From an uncultured Gemmatimonadales bacterium (GTDB taxonomy: Bacteria; Gemmatimonadota; Gemmatimonadetes; Gemmatimonadales; GWC2-71-9): a stretch of 64,000 nucleotides of DNA. Shown here piece after piece: positions 50,415 through 64,000 of the stretch. The notes under the pieces were generated by a model. That model did no database searches. It had not been told where the DNA came from and was given only the letters and a program-made list of their open reading frames with translations. Where the stretch lies: contig CAVVKJ010000010.1 in NCBI GenBank assembly GCA_963748815.1, positions 480,001 through 544,000 on the forward strand, written 5' to 3'. Position 1 is the first letter of the stretch; each line of letters begins with the position of its first letter. A program made the translations under genes and the position numbers.

Positions 50415-51524
50415 TCAGCGGCCGGCGAGTTCCCGGAGATGGGACTCGGTGAGTTCGGCCGCGTGCTCCCAGGAAAGCGCTTCGGCGAATCGGCGTCCGG
50501 CAACGCCCAACTGCTCGACCAGCGCCGGATTGGCGGCCAACTCCAGCATCCGCCCGGCCAGGGCCTCGGCGTCCCCGTGCGGGACGAGGTACCCGGTCTC
50601 TCCCGGCCGGACCGAGTCCCGGAGGCCGGGGCTGTCGGAGGCGAGCGACGGGGTGCCACACGCCGCCGCCTCCACAACGGTAATACCCCACCCCTCCTTG
50701 GGCGAAGGGAAGATGTTCGCCCAGGTGCTCCGCAGCAGCCGGAGCTTGTGCTCCTCGGAGACGAAGCCGTGGAACCGGACCGCTCCGCCCAGCCCCAGTT
50801 CGGCGGCGAGCGACTCGAGCCGGGGCCGATCATCCCCCGACCCGGCGATGTCGAGCAGCAGATCCGGCCGGGTGGCCCGGGCCGCGGCCAGCGCCCGGAT
50901 CGCCAGGTCCACCCCCTTGTACCGCTTCAGCCGTCCGACGTACAGGAACGATGGCGGGCTCGTCCGGCGCACGGAGGGATCGGGAGCGAATTCGGTGGCG
51001 TCCACGCCGGGATGAATCACCCGGATGCGTTCGGCCGGCACTCCACGCGCCACGAGATCGTCGCGGGTGCTCTCGCTGATGGCCTCGAACTCCGCCCGTC
51101 GGTAGGCCCAGGGAATCGGCCGCTCGGCGAGCCACACGGTGGCCGCCATCGGCCAGGGCGCCTCCTGGAACGCCGTCGTGCCGAACAGGTGGGGCACCAG
51201 GACGCAGAAGGGACGGTCGGTCAGCCAGGCCAGGAAGAGCGGCAGCTTGTTGATGTCTTCGACCACGACATCGGGCGGTTCCTCGGCGAGCGCCCGGCGT
51301 ACCGCGCCGCGCGCCGCCAGCGCGAAGGTGTTGCGGCCAGCCACCCGCGTGACCGCGATCCCCTCCACCTCTTCCGACGGCACGCAACCGGGCCACCCGG
51401 AGCAAATCAGCCGGACCCGGTGTCCCCGGGCCACGAGGCGACGGAAGATCTCGAAGAGATGAATCTCCGCCCCGCCGGCCAGCGGGTTCAGCCGGTCCAG
51501 CCAGTTGACGACGAGGAGGTTCAC
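50415..51524 (-). CDS. Glycosyltransferase family 4
   Basis: NPLAGGAE, YVGRLKRYKG and EGWGITVVEAAACGTP. GTG 51524 overlaps the true nusB stop. Confidence 0.9.
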   Translation of the reverse strand: MNLLVVNWLDRLNPLAGGAEIHLFEIFRRLVARGHRVRLICSGWPGCVPSEEVEGIAVTRVAGRNTFALAARGAVRRALAEEPPDVVVEDINKLPLFLAWLTDRPFCVLVPHLFGTTAFQEAPWPMAATVWLAERPIPWAYRRAEFEAISESTRDDLVARGVPAERIRVIHPGVDATEFAPDPSVRRTSPPSFLYVGRLKRYKGVDLAIRALAAARATRPDLLLDIAGSGDDRPRLESLAAELGLGGAVRFHGFVSEEHKLRLLRSTWANIFPSPKEGWGITVVEAAACGTPSLASDSPGLRDSVRPGETGYLVPHGDAEALAGRMLELAANPALVEQLGVAGRRFAEALSWEHAAELTESHLRELAGR

Positions 51525-51929
51525 AGCCGGCCGAGCGAGCGCGCGATCCGGTCGAGCACGCCGTTGACGAACGCCGGCGTCTTCGGGCCCGCCGAACCAC
51601 TGGCTGAGACGGATCGCCTCGTCGATCACCACCTTTGGCGGCGTCTCGCCCCCTTCGAGCTCGTGGATGCCGAGCCGGAGGATGTTGCGCTCGACAATGC
51701 CGATGCGCTCAATGCGCCAGTTGTCCGCGGCGTCGCGGATGCGGCGGTCAAGGGCCTCCCGGTTGGCAAGGACCCCGCTCGCCAGGAGTTCGGCGCCATC
51801 GAGGGCGCGTTCCGGACCGGTCAGGCGCGCCAGCCCGGTTGCGGCGGCGACCGACCCGGTCCCGGTGATTTCGCAGGCGTAGAGCAGCTGGAGCGCGCGG
51901 GCGCGGGCGCGAGTCTCAGGTCGGAGCAT
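51521..51929 (-). CDS. nusB: Transcription antitermination factor NusB (+1 frameshift near 51586)
   Basis: RARALQLLY, NWRIERI, RNILRLG and VIDEAI. FVNGVLD and the TGA at 51521 lie in the shifted frame. Confidence 0.92.
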
Positions 51930-52395
51930 CGGCCCTCCGGATGCGGGCCAGGGCGTCGGCCGCCGTGATGGCGGCCTCAGCCGCCTCGTAGCCCTTGTTC
52001 CCGGCGGCCCCGCCGGCCCGTTCCAGTGCCTGCTCCATGGTGTCGACCGTCAGCAGCCCGAATCCGACCGGCAGGACGTGGGTGCGGGCGACAGTGCCCA
52101 GGCCGCGCGTCGTTTCGCCGGCGACGAATTCGAAATGGGGCGTGTCGCCCCGGACGACGGCGCCCAGCGCAATGAGGCAGGCGTACTGTCCCGACCGGGC
52201 GACCTCTTCCGCCAGCATCGGCAGCTCGAACGCCCCCGACACCCAGAACACGTCGACATGCCGATCGGCGATGCGGGCGTCGCGGCAGCAGTGCCGGGCG
52301 CCTTCGAGAAGGCGCCCCGTCACGAGCTCGTTGTAGCGGCTGACCAGGATAGCGACTCGACCAACCGGGCCGAGTCGGCCGGTGTATTCAGGCAT
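51916..52395 (-). CDS. ribH: 6,7-dimethyl-8-ribityllumazine synthase
   Basis: SRYN, GAFELP, LGAVVRGDTPHF and GNKGYEAA. Confidence 0.96.
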   Translation of the reverse strand: MPEYTGRLGPVGRVAILVSRYNELVTGRLLEGARHCCRDARIADRHVDVFWVSGAFELPMLAEEVARSGQYACLIALGAVVRGDTPHFEFVAGETTRGLGTVARTHVLPVGFGLLTVDTMEQALERAGGAAGNKGYEAAEAAITAADALARIRRADAPT

Positions 52396-52400
52396 GGGGC

Positions 52401-53607
52401 TCAGTGGGCCAGAAGGTGGCCGAGCTTGTCGCGCTTGGCGGCGAGATAGTCGGTGTTTTCCCGGGTCTGGTCGATCAGGAGCGGGACCCGCTCGACGATC
52501 TCGAGCCCGTATCCCTCGACGCCGACGAGCTTGCGCGGGTTGTTGGTGAGGATGCGAATGGTGGTGAGGCCGAGGTCGCGGAGGATCTGCGCCCCGATGC
52601 CGTAGTTCCGGAGGTCGGGGGCGAACCCGAGGCGTTCGTTGGCCTCGACGGTGTCGTCGCCGCCGTCCTGCAGGGCGTAGGCGCGCAGCTTGTTCAGCAG
52701 GCCGATGCCCCGCCCTTCCTGATCGAGGTAGACGATCACCCCCGCGCCGGCGGCGACCACCTGCCGCATGGCTGCGTGCAGCTGCGCGCCGCAGTCACAC
52801 CGCTGCGAGCCGAAGACGTCGCCGGTGAGGCACTTGGAGTGCATGCGGACGAGCACATGCGCGGCGCCCTCGACGTCGCCGTGCACCAGGGCGACGTGCT
52901 CGGCGTCGTCCACGTCGTTCCGGTAGCCGATGACGCGAAACTCGACCGAACTCGGTGGGGAGCCGCGCGGTCGCGACCCGGTGCACCAGCCGCTCCTTCT
53001 GCAGGCGGTACGCGACGAGGTCGGCCACCGTCACGAACGTCAGGGTGTGCTGGGCCGCGAACACCTCGAGTTCCGGCCGGCGCGCCATCGTGCCGTCCGG
53101 ATTCAGGATTTCACAGATGACGCCGGCGGGGGCCAGTCCCGCGAGGCGGGCCAGATCGACGCTCGCCTCCGTCTGACCGACGCGCTGCAGCACGCCGCCC
53201 GGCCGGGCGCGCAGCGGGAAGATATGGCCCGGGCGCCGCAGGTCGGCCGCGACCGTGGCCGGATTGATGGCCACGTGAATCGTGGCGGCGCGATCGGCGG
53301 CCGAAATGCCGGTCGTCACGCCGAACCGGCGCTCGGCGTCGATGCTGACCGTGAACGCCGTGCTCAGGGCCTCGGTGTTGTGCTCCGCCATCTGGGGGAG
53401 CCCCAGCTGGTCGCAGCGCTCGCCGGTGAGGGCCAGGCAGATCAGCCCCCGACCGTGCAGCGCCATGAAATTGACCATTTCGGGGGTGACGAGTTCCGCC
53501 GCGCAGACAAGGTCGCCCTCGTTCTCACGGTTCTCGTCGTCCGCCACGATGACGATCTTGCCGTTGCGGAGATCCTCGATGGCCTGCTCGATCTTTGCGA
53601 ACATCAT
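52401..53607 (-). CDS. ribBA: Bifunctional DHBP synthase / GTP cyclohydrolase II (+1 frameshift near 52945)
   Basis: [25 protein letters not shown] and PGHIFPL, then [22 protein letters not shown] and TNNPRK. Confidence 0.94.
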
Positions 53608-54204
53608 GTAGGTCCTCCGTGGCGCGACAGCCAGGCCGCCACATATTTGCCGATCGTGTCGCCCTCGAGATGCACCCGATCGCCGACCTGGCGATCGTCG
53701 AGGGTCGTGTGCTGCAAGGTAAATGGAATCAACGACACCTGGATGACGTTCCGGGCGCGCAGTCGCGTTGACCGTCAGGCTCACGCCGTCCACCGTGATG
53801 GACCCGAGGGGAATCGACGCCCTGGCCACCGCCGCCGGCACGGCGATATCCAGCAGCAGCGCATCCGCCTTCCGGGCAATCCGCCGCACCGTCCCCACGC
53901 CGTCCACGTGTCCCTGCACCAGGTGACCGCCCAGCCGGTCGCCGGCCCGGAGCGCCCGCTCCAGGTTCACGCGTCGCCCGGCGCGGTAGTCCCCGAAGGC
54001 GGTGCGCTCCAGGCTCGTGGCGACGACGTGCACCGCGAACGCACCCTTCGACCGCTCCGCGACCGTCAGGCAGGCGCCGTCCACGGCGATGCTTTCGCCC
54101 AGGCGCAGTCCCTGCCACGGCACCCCGATCAGCAGCGTCCGCCCGCCGTCAGCGGCGCGCGCCGACTTGACGATCCCGACGGCGGTGACCAGGCCGGTGA
54201 ACAT
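53604..54204 (-). CDS. ribE: Riboflavin synthase alpha chain (+1 frameshift near 53755)
   Basis: [36 protein letters not shown] and [13 protein letters not shown]. The C-terminus IPFTLQHT...HLEGD is in the shifted frame. Confidence 0.93.
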
Positions 54205-55280
54205 CAGCCGCGGTCCACCACGAGGAGGGTGTCCGCGCCGAGCGCACGCCGTTCGACCACCTCCCAGCGGTCGGCCCCGGCCAGCTCCGTTCCGGGCAGG
54301 CCGGCCACCGCGGGGACGGCCCCCTCCCCGAGCCAGATCGGGCTCTGGATCCAGTAGAACCGGTCCACCAATCCCTCCCGGAGCAATGCGCCCGCCAGTT
54401 GTCCCCCTCCCTCGACGAGCAGAGAGGTGACGCCGAGGCGGCGGAGTTCGGCCATGCCGTGCTGCAGCCCGGTCGTGCGAAGGAGCCGCGCCCCCGTGGC
54501 CTCGATCGCTTCCGCTCGCTCGCTCGAGAGCAGCGGACCCGCGATGACGCACGTCGGCCGCGAGCGCGCCGTCCGGAGTACCTCCAGGGTCGTGGGCAAA
54601 TTCCCGGTCTGGTCCAGCACGACCCGGAGCGGCGCGACCCTCGGCTCGACGGCCCCGCGGACCGTCAATGACGGATCATCGACACGCGCCGTCGCCCCGC
54701 CCACGCCGATCGCGTCCATCCCCGCGCGCAGCCAATGCACGAAATCCCGTGCCGGCTCACCGGAAATCCATCGCGACCGCCCGAATTGGTCGGCGATTCG
54801 GCCATCGAGCGAGGTCGCCAGCTTCAGCGCCACCCAGGGGCGCTCGGGACCCCGCCAGCGAGCCAGGAAGGCGGCGTTCTGCGCCGCCGCCTCGGCCCGG
54901 CGGACGCCCCCCTCCACCGCGATGCCCGCCGCCCGGAGCATCTCCGCGCCGCCGCCGGCCACGGGGTCGGGGTCTTCCAGCGCATAGACGACGCGCGCGA
55001 TGCCGGCGGACACGATCGCGTCGGTACACGGGGGCTGCTTCCCCTGGTGCTTGCACGGCTCCAGCGACACCACGAGGGTGCCGCCCCGGGCGCGCTCGCC
55101 CGCGGCGTCGAGCGCCACCCGTTCCGCGTGCGGGCCGCCGAACTCGGCGTGCCACCCCTCGGCCACGACGGCGCCCTGCGGATCCAGGAGCACCGCCCCG
55201 ACGAGCGGATTGGGGTGCACCCGCCCCCACCCTCGCCAGGCGAGCTCGATGGCCCGGTCCATCGCAGCGGCTTCAGTCAC
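54204..55280 (-). CDS. ribD: Riboflavin biosynthesis deaminase/reductase
   Basis: [31 protein letters not shown] and LLVEGGG. Confidence 0.96.
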   Translation of the reverse strand: MTEAAAMDRAIELAWRGWGRVHPNPLVGAVLLDPQGAVVAEGWHAEFGGPHAERVALDAAGERARGGTLVVSLEPCKHQGKQPPCTDAIVSAGIARVVYALEDPDPVAGGGAEMLRAAGIAVEGGVRRAEAAAQNAAFLARWRGPERPWVALKLATSLDGRIADQFGRSRWISGEPARDFVHWLRAGMDAIGVGGATARVDDPSLTVRGAVEPRVAPLRVVLDQTGNLPTTLEVLRTARSRPTCVIAGPLLSSERAEAIEATGARLLRTTGLQHGMAELRRLGVTSLLVEGGGQLAGALLREGLVDRFYWIQSPIWLGEGAVPAVAGLPGTELAGADRWEVVERRALGADTLLVVDRG

Positions 55281-55299
55281 GGCGGGTGGGACATCCCGG

Positions 55300-56347
55300 C
55301 TAGCTGGCGAACCGGACGCCCTGGGCACCGGCCTCGACGTGGCCCATCACCCAGGTCCTCACGCCATCCGCCGACGCCGCGGCCTGCGCCGCCGCGACCG
55401 CATCCTGCGGCAACACGGCAATCAGACCCGCCCCGAGGTTGAAGACGTCGCGCATCTCGTCGGTGGAGACCTTGCCGGCCGCCTGCATCAGGCGGAAGAG
55501 CGGCCGGCCACTCCCAGCTCCCGCTGTCCACCACCGCCGTGCACCCCCCGGGCAGCACCCGGATGAGGTTGCCTGCGAATGCCGCCACCGGTGATGTGGG
55601 CGAGCGCGTGCATCCGGTCGAACACCGGCGTGACCGCCCGCGCGTAGCTGCGGTGCACGGCGAGAAGCGCGTCCGCGACCGTCTGTCCGAGGCCGGGCCA
55701 GCGTCGTCGTGGATGCCGAGCCCGAGGTCCTGCGCGGCGATCTTGCGCGCGCGAGGGTGTAGCCGTTGGTGTGGAGCCCCGTCGACTCGTAGCCGAGGAG
55801 CACGTCGCCCGGCACGACGGCATCGCCGTGCAGCGCCTCGTCCTCCTCGACGACGCCGACGATGGTGCCGGCCAGGTCGAAGTGTCCGTGCGCGTAAAGC
55901 CCGGGCATCTGCGCCGTTTCGCCGCCGGCGAGCGTCCATCCCGTGGGCCCGGCAGCCGCGGGCCACCCCCTCGACGATGTCGGCGAGCATCTCGATGCCG
56001 AGCGCCGGCGCCGGCGATGTAGTCCATGAACGCGAGCGGCCGCGCCCCGTGGACCAGGATGTCGTTGACGCTGTGGTTGACGAGGTCACTCGCCGACGGT
56101 GTCGAAGCGCCCCGCCTGCTGCGCGACCAGCACCTTGGTGCCGACGCCGTCGGTGCTCATGACCAGCGTCGGGGTCCGCATGCCGGCGTGGCACCCGCAC
56201 CATGCCGCCGAAGGCGCCGACCCGGCCGACCGTGAGCGGCGTGCGGGTGCCGGCCACCAGGCGGCCGATCCGCTCCTTGGCGGTCTCCGCATCCGCGAGA
56301 TCGACGCCCGCGGCGGCGTACTGGCGTGGCTCGGCGGGGCGCGTCAC
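55300..56347 (-). CDS. purM: Phosphoribosylformylglycinamidine cyclo-ligase (multiple frameshifts)
   Basis: [39 protein letters not shown] and FNLGAG distributed over different frames. Confidence 0.88.
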
Positions 56348-57271
56348 GGGACCCGTTCCGCCTGCGGCGACGTGCGTCAGGTCGTGGAAGGCGCGGACGC
56401 GCTTCTCGACGTCCACCGTCGTCACGTCGTCGAAGCCCTTGATGTCCGAACTGGGACACCGCGAACGATCCCATCGCCGCGCCGTACACCATCGCGCGGC
56501 GCAGGTGCTCGCTGTCGGTCTGGCCGGCCCGCGCCAGATACCCCATGAAGCCGCCCGCGAATGCGTCGCCGGCGCCGGTCGGGTCGAACACTTCCTCCAG
56601 CGGATAGGCGGGCACGTAGAAGGTGCGGCCGGGCTCGATGAGCAGCGCGCCGAACTCGCCCTGCTTGATGACGACGCGCTTCGGGCCGTGCGTCGAGGAT
56701 CCAGCGCCCCGCGCGGTGGATGTTCCAGTCGCCCGACAGCTCGCGCGCCTCGCCGTCGTTGACCATCAGGATGTCCACCCGCTTGAGCAGCTTCATCAGT
56801 GTCCGGCTTCGTGCTCTGGATCCAGTAGTTCATGGTGTCGCAGACCACGAGCGCCGGTGACGCCACCTGGTCGAGCACGCCGATCTGCAGCTCCGGGTCG
56901 ATGTTCCCGAGGAAGACGAACTTGGCGGCATGCAGCGCCGCCGGAATCTTGGGCTGAAACGCGGCAAACACGCCGAGCCGCGTCTCGAGCGTCTCCCGGC
57001 TCTGCAGGTCGTAGGAATACTTGCCTCTTCCAGCGGAAGCTCTCGCCCGGCGCGCGCTCCACGCCCGTCCAGTCGATCCCGCGCGACGCCAGCCGGTCGA
57101 GTTCGGCCACCGGGTAGTCGTCGCCGACGACGCCGACGACGTGGACCCGGTGCAGCAGCGCCCCGGCGACGCTGAAGTACACCGCACGAACCACCCAGCG
57201 CGTCGGCGGTCTCGCCGAACGGGGTGATGGATGGAGTCGAGCGCCACGCTGCCAACCACGATCAGGGTCAT
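56344..57271 (-). CDS. PfkB-family carbohydrate/nucleoside kinase (multiple frameshifts)
   Basis: VVGSVALDS, FLGNIDP, CDTMNYWI and DPTGAGDAFAGG across frames. Confidence 0.88.
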
Positions 57272-57275
57272 CGGA

Positions 57276-58919
57276 TTACATCCGGTCGGGGGCCGTGAGG
57301 CCGAGGAGGGTGAGGCCGTTGGCCAGGACAATGCGGGTGGCGCGCGCGAGCGCGAGGCGGGCCCGCTCGACCTCGGGGGGCTCGCCGAGGACGCGGCAGC
57401 TGTGGTACCAGCCGTGGGTCAGCCGGGCGAGTTCCTCGAGATAGCTCGTCACACGGTGCGGTTCCAGTTCCTCGCGCCGCGCGGGCGGTGATTTCGGGGA
57501 AGACCGTGAGCTTCTTGAGCAGCTCCCGGTCTTCAGGCGCAGGCAGCGCGTCCAGCTGGACCTCCGCGCTGACCCCGTCGGGATCGATGTCCGCCACCCG
57601 GAAGATGCCGCTCACCCGGGCGTGCGCCATCTGCACGTAGAAGACCGGGTTCTCGTCGGTCTGGCTGGTGGCGAGATCGAGGTCGAAGTTGAGCTGCGAG
57701 TCGGCCCGCCGCATCAGGAAGAAGTACCGGGCCGCGTCGGGTCCCGTTTCGTCGACGAGGTCGCGGAGGGTGATGAACTCCCCCGAGCGCTTCGACATCT
57801 TCACCTCCTCGCCTCCGCGCAGCACCTTGACCAGCTGCACGATGGACACGTGGAAGAACTCGTCCGGATACCCGAGCGGCGCGCATCGCGGCCCGGCACC
57901 CGCGGGACGTACCCGTGGTGGTCGGCGCCCCAGACGTCGATGACCCGGTCGAAGCCGCGGTCGTGCTTGTCGACGTGATACGCGATATCCGGCAGGAAGT
58001 AGGTGTAGGAGCCGTCGCTCTTCCGGAGCACCCGGTCCTGGTCGTCGCCGAAGATCGGTGGTCCGCAGCCAGAGGGCGCCGTCGCGCTCGAAGGTGAGGC
58101 CGCGCGCATGGAGCAGCGCCAGCGTCTCGCCGATGGCGCCCCGGTCGTAGATGGCCTGCTCGGACGAGATCACGTCGAACCGGACGCCGAAGGTCGCGAG
58201 GTCCGCATCCTGGGTGGCCCGCTGCATCTGCACCGCGAGCGACACGGCACCGCCGCACCCCTTCCTCCTCCGGCAGGTCGGCAAAGTCCCGGCCCTCCCG
58301 CTCGAGGAGCCGCGCGGCGTCGCCGCGCAGGTACTCGCCGTGGTATCCCCCCTCGGGAATCTCGGCGGAGCGGCCGACCGCCTCCTGCACCCGCGCCCAG
58401 AGGCTCTGGGCCAGCCGGTCGATCTGGACGCCGGCGTCGTTCAGGTAGAACTCGCGGGTGACCTCGTGCCCGCTCCACTCGAGGAGCGAGGCGATCCGCG
58501 TCGCCCAGGGCCCCGCCCCGGCCGTGCCCCACGTGCAGCGGACCGGTGGGATTGACCGAGACGAACTCGACATTCACCCGACGGCCCTTGCCGAACGCAT
58601 GCGAACCGTACCGGGCGCCCGCGTCGATGATGTCACGAAGGGAGGCCGCAAGTTCGTCGGTCGCCAGCCAGAAATTGATGAAGCCTGGACCGGCGATTTC
58701 GGTCTTCTCGACGATGCCCGCCGGGAGCTCCAGCGCCTCCAGGATGCGCGCCGCCACGGCACGCGGCGGCGCCTTCAGCACCCGGGCCAGCACCATGGCG
58801 AGGTTCGTGGCCACGTCACCATGGCCGGCGTCTTTGGGCCGCTCCATCACGAACTCGGCGTCGGCGGCGCCCAATTCCGCTGCCACGCGCGCCAGCGCCT
58901 CCCGGAGCAGGTCGCTCAC
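57276..58919 (-). CDS. argS: Arginine--tRNA ligase (multiple frameshifts)
   Basis: [46 protein letters not shown] and YVQMAHAR across frames. Ends PDRM-stop at 57276. Confidence 0.92.
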
Positions 58920-59263
58920 TCGGCCGCCTTCTTCGGAGTCCCGCCCGACTTGGGTGCCGTGGCCTTCTCGGGCTTCGAGGCCGCTTGGGCGGGCTTGGCG
59001 CTGTCAGCCGAGCTTGCGGAGTCGGGCTTGGCCGCGACGGACGCGCCACTCTCGCCGGCCTCCGGCTTGCGGGCGCCCTTCCCGTCCTTGCCGTAGTCGG
59101 TGATGTAGAATCCACTCCCCTTGAACACCAGGCCGGCCCCGCCTGAGATCTGGCGAGCCGCCGGCTTGCCACAGGTCGGGCACTTCACCCGTGGCGATTC
59201 CGACATCTTGTGGATCTTCTCGAAATGGTGCCCAGCAGAGCACTGATAGTCGTACGTCGGCAT
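58916..59263 (-). CDS. FmdB-family zinc-ribbon protein
   Basis: MPTYDYQC, CPTCG and FKGSGFYITDY. Confidence 0.9.
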   Translation of the reverse strand: MPTYDYQCSAGHHFEKIHKMSESPRVKCPTCGKPAARQISGGAGLVFKGSGFYITDYGKDGKGARKPEAGESGASVAAKPDSASSADSAKPAQAASKPEKATAPKSGGTPKKAAE

Positions 59264-59334
59264 GCCGCTCCATCCGGTCTAAGTAAAGCTAGCCGATAAA
59301 CTTAGCCCCTGAGGGAGCAGGGTTCAAGGAAGGC

Positions 59335-60887
<1,553 letters not shown>

Positions 60888-60891
<4 letters not shown>

Positions 60892-61912
60892 GGCGCGTCG
60901 GCCCCAAACTCCTGCATGGTGCGCGTGACGAAGTCGACGTCGGCCTTCGAGCCGATGGCAAGCGGCACGCGCTGGTGCAGCGACTCCGGCTGCAGGTCGA
61001 GGATGCGGCGGAGGCCGTCGGTGGCCGCGCCGCCCGCCTGCTCCACGAGGAACGCCATCGGGCTGCACTCGTACAGCAGCCGCAGCTTGCCGTTCGGGTT
61101 CTTGGTGTCGGCGGGATAGAGGAAGATGCCGCCGTTGATCAGGTTGCGATGGAAATCCGCCACGAACGCGCCGATGTAGCGGCTGTTCTTCCCCTGCATC
61201 CGCTCGGGAGTGTCGCCGTGGAACCCGCGGACCGCCATCTGGCTGCCGCGATTCCAGCGCGCGTAGTTCGACTCGTTGACGCTGTAGTACTTCCCGACCT
61301 CCGGCGTCCGGATGTCGAGGATGCGACAGGAGAAACTCGCCGATGGTCGGGATCGAGCGTGAACCCGTGCACCCCTTGCCCCGTGGTGTAGACCAGCATG
61401 GTGCTCGAGCCGTAGAGCACGTAGCCGGCGGCGACCTGCCGGTGCCCCGGCTGCAGCACATCGTCCATCGTGCCCCGCCCCTCCATCGAGACCCGCCGGT
61501 AGACGCTGAAGATGGTCCCGACCGAGGCGTTGGAGTCGATGTTCGAGGACCCGTCGAGCGGGTCGAAGAGGACGACGTACTTCCCGGCGGGGTATTCGGG
61601 TGGAATCGGGATCGGGGCGTCGTCCTCCTCCGAGGCCATGACGCAGACCCGCCCGGTATGGTTCAGCGCGTTCTTCAGGATCTCGTTGGCGAAGACGTCG
61701 AGCTTCTGCTGCTCCTCGCCCTGGACGTTGACGCTGCCCATGGCCCCGAGCACGTTCACCAGCCCCGCCCGCCGCGTGGCGGCGGCAATGAGCTTGGCGC
61801 CCAGCGCGATGTCATAGAGCAGGTTCGACAGTTCCCCGGTGGCCTCCGGGTACTTGTGTTCCTGGTCGATGATGAATCGTTCGATGGTCGTGACCGCGGT
61901 GGTTCCGATCAT
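60888..61912 (-). CDS. fbp: Class 1 fructose-1,6-bisphosphatase (frameshifted near 61320-61350)
   Basis: [36 protein letters not shown] and KLRLLYE. Confidence 0.94.
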
Positions 61913-64000
61913 GGCTCACTCACTGTGCGCGTGACCACTCCCCGGCGGGAGTGGATGGTCATGGCCCGGCCGTCCGTGCGAACCTCGATGCTGCCGTCCT
62001 GATCCGTGCGAAATACCTCGACCGCCGCGGCCGCCAACCGGGCCATCGCCTCCGGCGCCGGGTGCCCGTAACGGTTGCCCTCCCCGACGCTGATGACCGC
62101 TATGCTCGGGCGCAACTCGCGAAGCCACGCTGCCCCGGTCGCCCCACGGCTCCCGTGGTGCCCCACCTTGAGCAGATCCGCCCGCCCCACCTGCCCCGCC
62201 AGGACCGCCTCCGCGGGGAGGCCGGCGTCGCCCGCAAGGACGGCGCGAAACCCACGATACTCGACCAGCAGGACGAGCGAATTCTCGTTCAGGTCCTGCC
62301 CCCAGCCGTCCCAGGTGGTGTCCGGATGCAGGACCTGGAATCGCACGCTGTCGAGGACAAACGCGTCCCCGCGCCTCGCCCGCATCCACGGCTCGTCCAG
62401 CTCGTCGAGCTGGGCCAGGAAGCCGGCGTAGAGGGGCTCGGCGCTCGCGACCGCGGGATCGACCACCTCCTGCACCGGAACCCGGTCCAGTACAGACGGG
62501 AGTCCCCCGAGGTGGTCGGCATGAGCGTGCGAGAGAATTAGTGCGTCCAGCCGGCTGACCCCGTGGCGGCGAAGGAACGGCACGACCACGCTGCGACCTG
62601 CGTCGGACGAGCGGCTGAGCGGCCCACCGTCCACCAGGATCCAGTGCCCTCCCGGGGTCCGGATGGCGGCGGCGTCTCCCTGCCCAACATCGAGAAAATG
62701 TAACGCCAGTTCCGACCCCTCGTCAGGGCGAATGCCGAAGCCCGACAGGGTGGCGAGGCCCAACCACCCCCAGACGACGCCCGTCGCCACCCACGCAAGT
62801 CGACGGGCCGCCTCGAGGCGGGTGGTTCGGTGCACACTCCAGAGCAGCACACCGAGGATGGCGAGCCAGGGCAGCGCGGCCGTCGGGGAGGCGGGAATCA
62901 CGATGTGCCCCCCGGGGAGGGCGTTGCCCCAGCGTGCCACTTCCTGCAGCAGCCCCAGCCCGACCCCGGCCCCGGCGGCCATCGGTGACGCCACCGCGGG
63001 GAGCGCCGAACCGACGACCAGGCTCGCCACGACGGCAGGAACAACCAGCGCCGCCAGCGGAATCGCCACGAGGTTCAGGCCGATTCCAGCCAGGGCGACC
63101 GTCCCGAGGGCCGCCGCGGTGATGGGGGCCGTGGCGAACGTCGCCCCGACCGATGTCGCGATGGTGCGGATCACCGCCCCGCTGCCTAACCGCCTCCCGG
63201 CCCAGCCGGAGAAGGTGACCGCACCCCAGAGCGCGGCAATGGAAAGCCACCCCCCGACCGCAAGCACCGCCCAGGGATCACAGACGAGGACCAGGAGCGC
63301 CGTCGTTCCGAGGAGCGCGCCCGACCGCGGCATCCGCTGCCGACTCCGCTCCAGCGCCAGGAGAACCGCGAGGGTGGCGGCGCGGGCCGCGGGCGCGGGC
63401 CAGCCGAGGAAGAGCGCATAGGTAACCGCAAAGAGCGCTGCGGCGAATCCGGCGCGTTCGCGCCGCACACCGGCCAGGCGCAGGAGCAGGAACACCCACC
63501 CGGCCACCAGGCCCAGATGAAAGCCGCTGATGGCCAGCAGGTGCATCAGCCCCGCGCCGGCGAAGTGCTCGAGCAGCTCCCGGTCGAGATCGGCCCGGCG
63601 GCCGAGGACCAGCGCGTCCACCAGCGGGGCGCGCCGGCCATAGAGCCGGCGTGCCGTCTGGTGGATCGTCGTCCGCACCCGGCTGGCGACGGTTGCGCGG
63701 AGGGTCGCCTGGCGCACCTCGCTGACCAGCAGGATGCCGCCTGGGCGACCGAAATGACCGTCGCGTTGCCGCCAGCGACCGGCGATTTCGAAACTCCGTC
63801 CCGGCCTCCGCCTGGGTCGTCCTGGGCCACGCCACCGTGATCTCGCCCCGGCAGCCTGCATCCGGCAGGGTCGCTGCGGTTCGCGCCCCGCCCGAATCGA
63901 CCGGCTCCGCCGCACGGAGGGAGAGCGAGACCGGGCCGGGGGGCAGCACGGCCGCGCAACTTGCCCGGTCCGCTCCGCGCGCGACGACCCCGGCGACGAA
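61909..64000 (-). CDS. comEC: ComEC/Rec2 competence protein (5' end outside the window, probable frameshift near 63800)
   Basis: [36 protein letters not shown] and GNRYGHP. Confidence 0.92.
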   Translation of the reverse strand, partial: SSPGSSRAERTGQVARPCCPPARSRSPSVRRSRSIRAGREPQRPCRMQAAGARSRWRGPGRPRRRPGRSFEIAGRWRQRDGHFGRPGGILLVSEVRQATLRATVASRVRTTIHQTARRLYGRRAPLVDALVLGRRADLDRELLEHFAGAGLMHLLAISGFHLGLVAGWVFLLLRLAGVRRERAGFAAALFAVTYALFLGWPAPAARAATLAVLLALERSRQRMPRSGALLGTTALLVLVCDPWAVLAVGGWLSIAALWGAVTFSGWAGRRLGSGAVIRTIATSVGATFATAPITAAALGTVALAGIGLNLVAIPLAALVVPAVVASLVVGSALPAVASPMAAGAGVGLGLLQEVARWGNALPGGHIVIPASPTAALPWLAILGVLLWSVHRTTRLEAARRLAWVATGVVWGWLGLATLSGFGIRPDEGSELALHFLDVGQGDAAAIRTPGGHWILVDGGPLSRSSDAGRSVVVPFLRRHGVSRLDALILSHAHADHLGGLPSVLDRVPVQEVVDPAVASAEPLYAGFLAQLDELDEPWMRARRGDAFVLDSVRFQVLHPDTTWDGWGQDLNENSLVLLVEYRGFRAVLAGDAGLPAEAVLAGQVGRADLLKVGHHGSRGATGAAWLRELRPSIAVISVGEGNRYGHPAPEAMARLAAAAVEVFRTDQDGSIEVRTDGRAMTIHSRRGVVTRTVSEP

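Noticed and set aside
50415..51929. Apparent 504-aa NusB-glycosyltransferase fusion
   Set aside because: One extra base near 51586 hides the NusB C-terminus (FVNGVLD...RL-stop), which overlaps the GT4 GTG start. It is an indel artefact.
52795..54552. Apparent RibE-RibB fusion with a separate short RibA
   Set aside because: Removing one base in ribE and one in ribBA restores the normal ribE and ribBA genes with an ATGA overlap.
55277..57331. 684-aa ORF mixing PfkB and PurM segments
   Set aside because: It is a mosaic of correct and incorrect frames produced by many indels in stop-poor high-GC DNA.

Overview
This is a high-GC bacterial chromosomal segment made almost entirely of minus-strand, translationally coupled housekeeping operons. 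Gene order and protein style suggest Gemmatimonadota, which is an inference. From right to left it carries comEC, fbp, a split methylmalonyl-CoA mutase, an FmdB-type protein, argS, pfkB, purM, ribD-ribE-ribBA-ribH, nusB, a GT4 glycosyltransferase, hpf, hprK, a complete mannose-class PTS (IIA, IIB, IIC, IID, HPr, EI), metK and DUF151. Next come a cobalamin-riboswitch-controlled btuF-btuC-btuD-btuB operon with a beta-propeller lipoprotein, recO-selB, a stand-alone T9SS-CTD/FlgD-like protein, clpB-tadA, a fatty-acid hydroxylase and prfC. Two tRNA-Ser genes bracket a small accessory block (membrane Ser/Thr kinase, mini beta-propeller, SPFH protein). The left part holds msrPQ, pyrR-pyrB-pyrC, rpsT, scpAB-rluB, a MoxR/DUF58/Bat operon, mutL-miaA-bshA-uppP-birA, coaX and a UbiA-family gene. 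Many genes, including essential ones, carry single-base indels. These are densest at 51.5-61.4 kb and most likely reflect long-read assembly error, and they create false fusions. No CRISPR array, integrase, transposase or prophage was seen. The most notable non-routine signals are: an unannotated ~165-nt rod-shaped RNA (6S-like) behind tRNA-Ser(GGA); a CGTC-type REP doublet, a tRNA 3'-end remnant and ARGCGGGG arrays downstream of the tRNAs; a B12 uptake operon with a BtuG-like lipoprotein; a signal-peptide-plus-CTD-only protein; and a TAGATT-N6-ATG leaderless-type signature.
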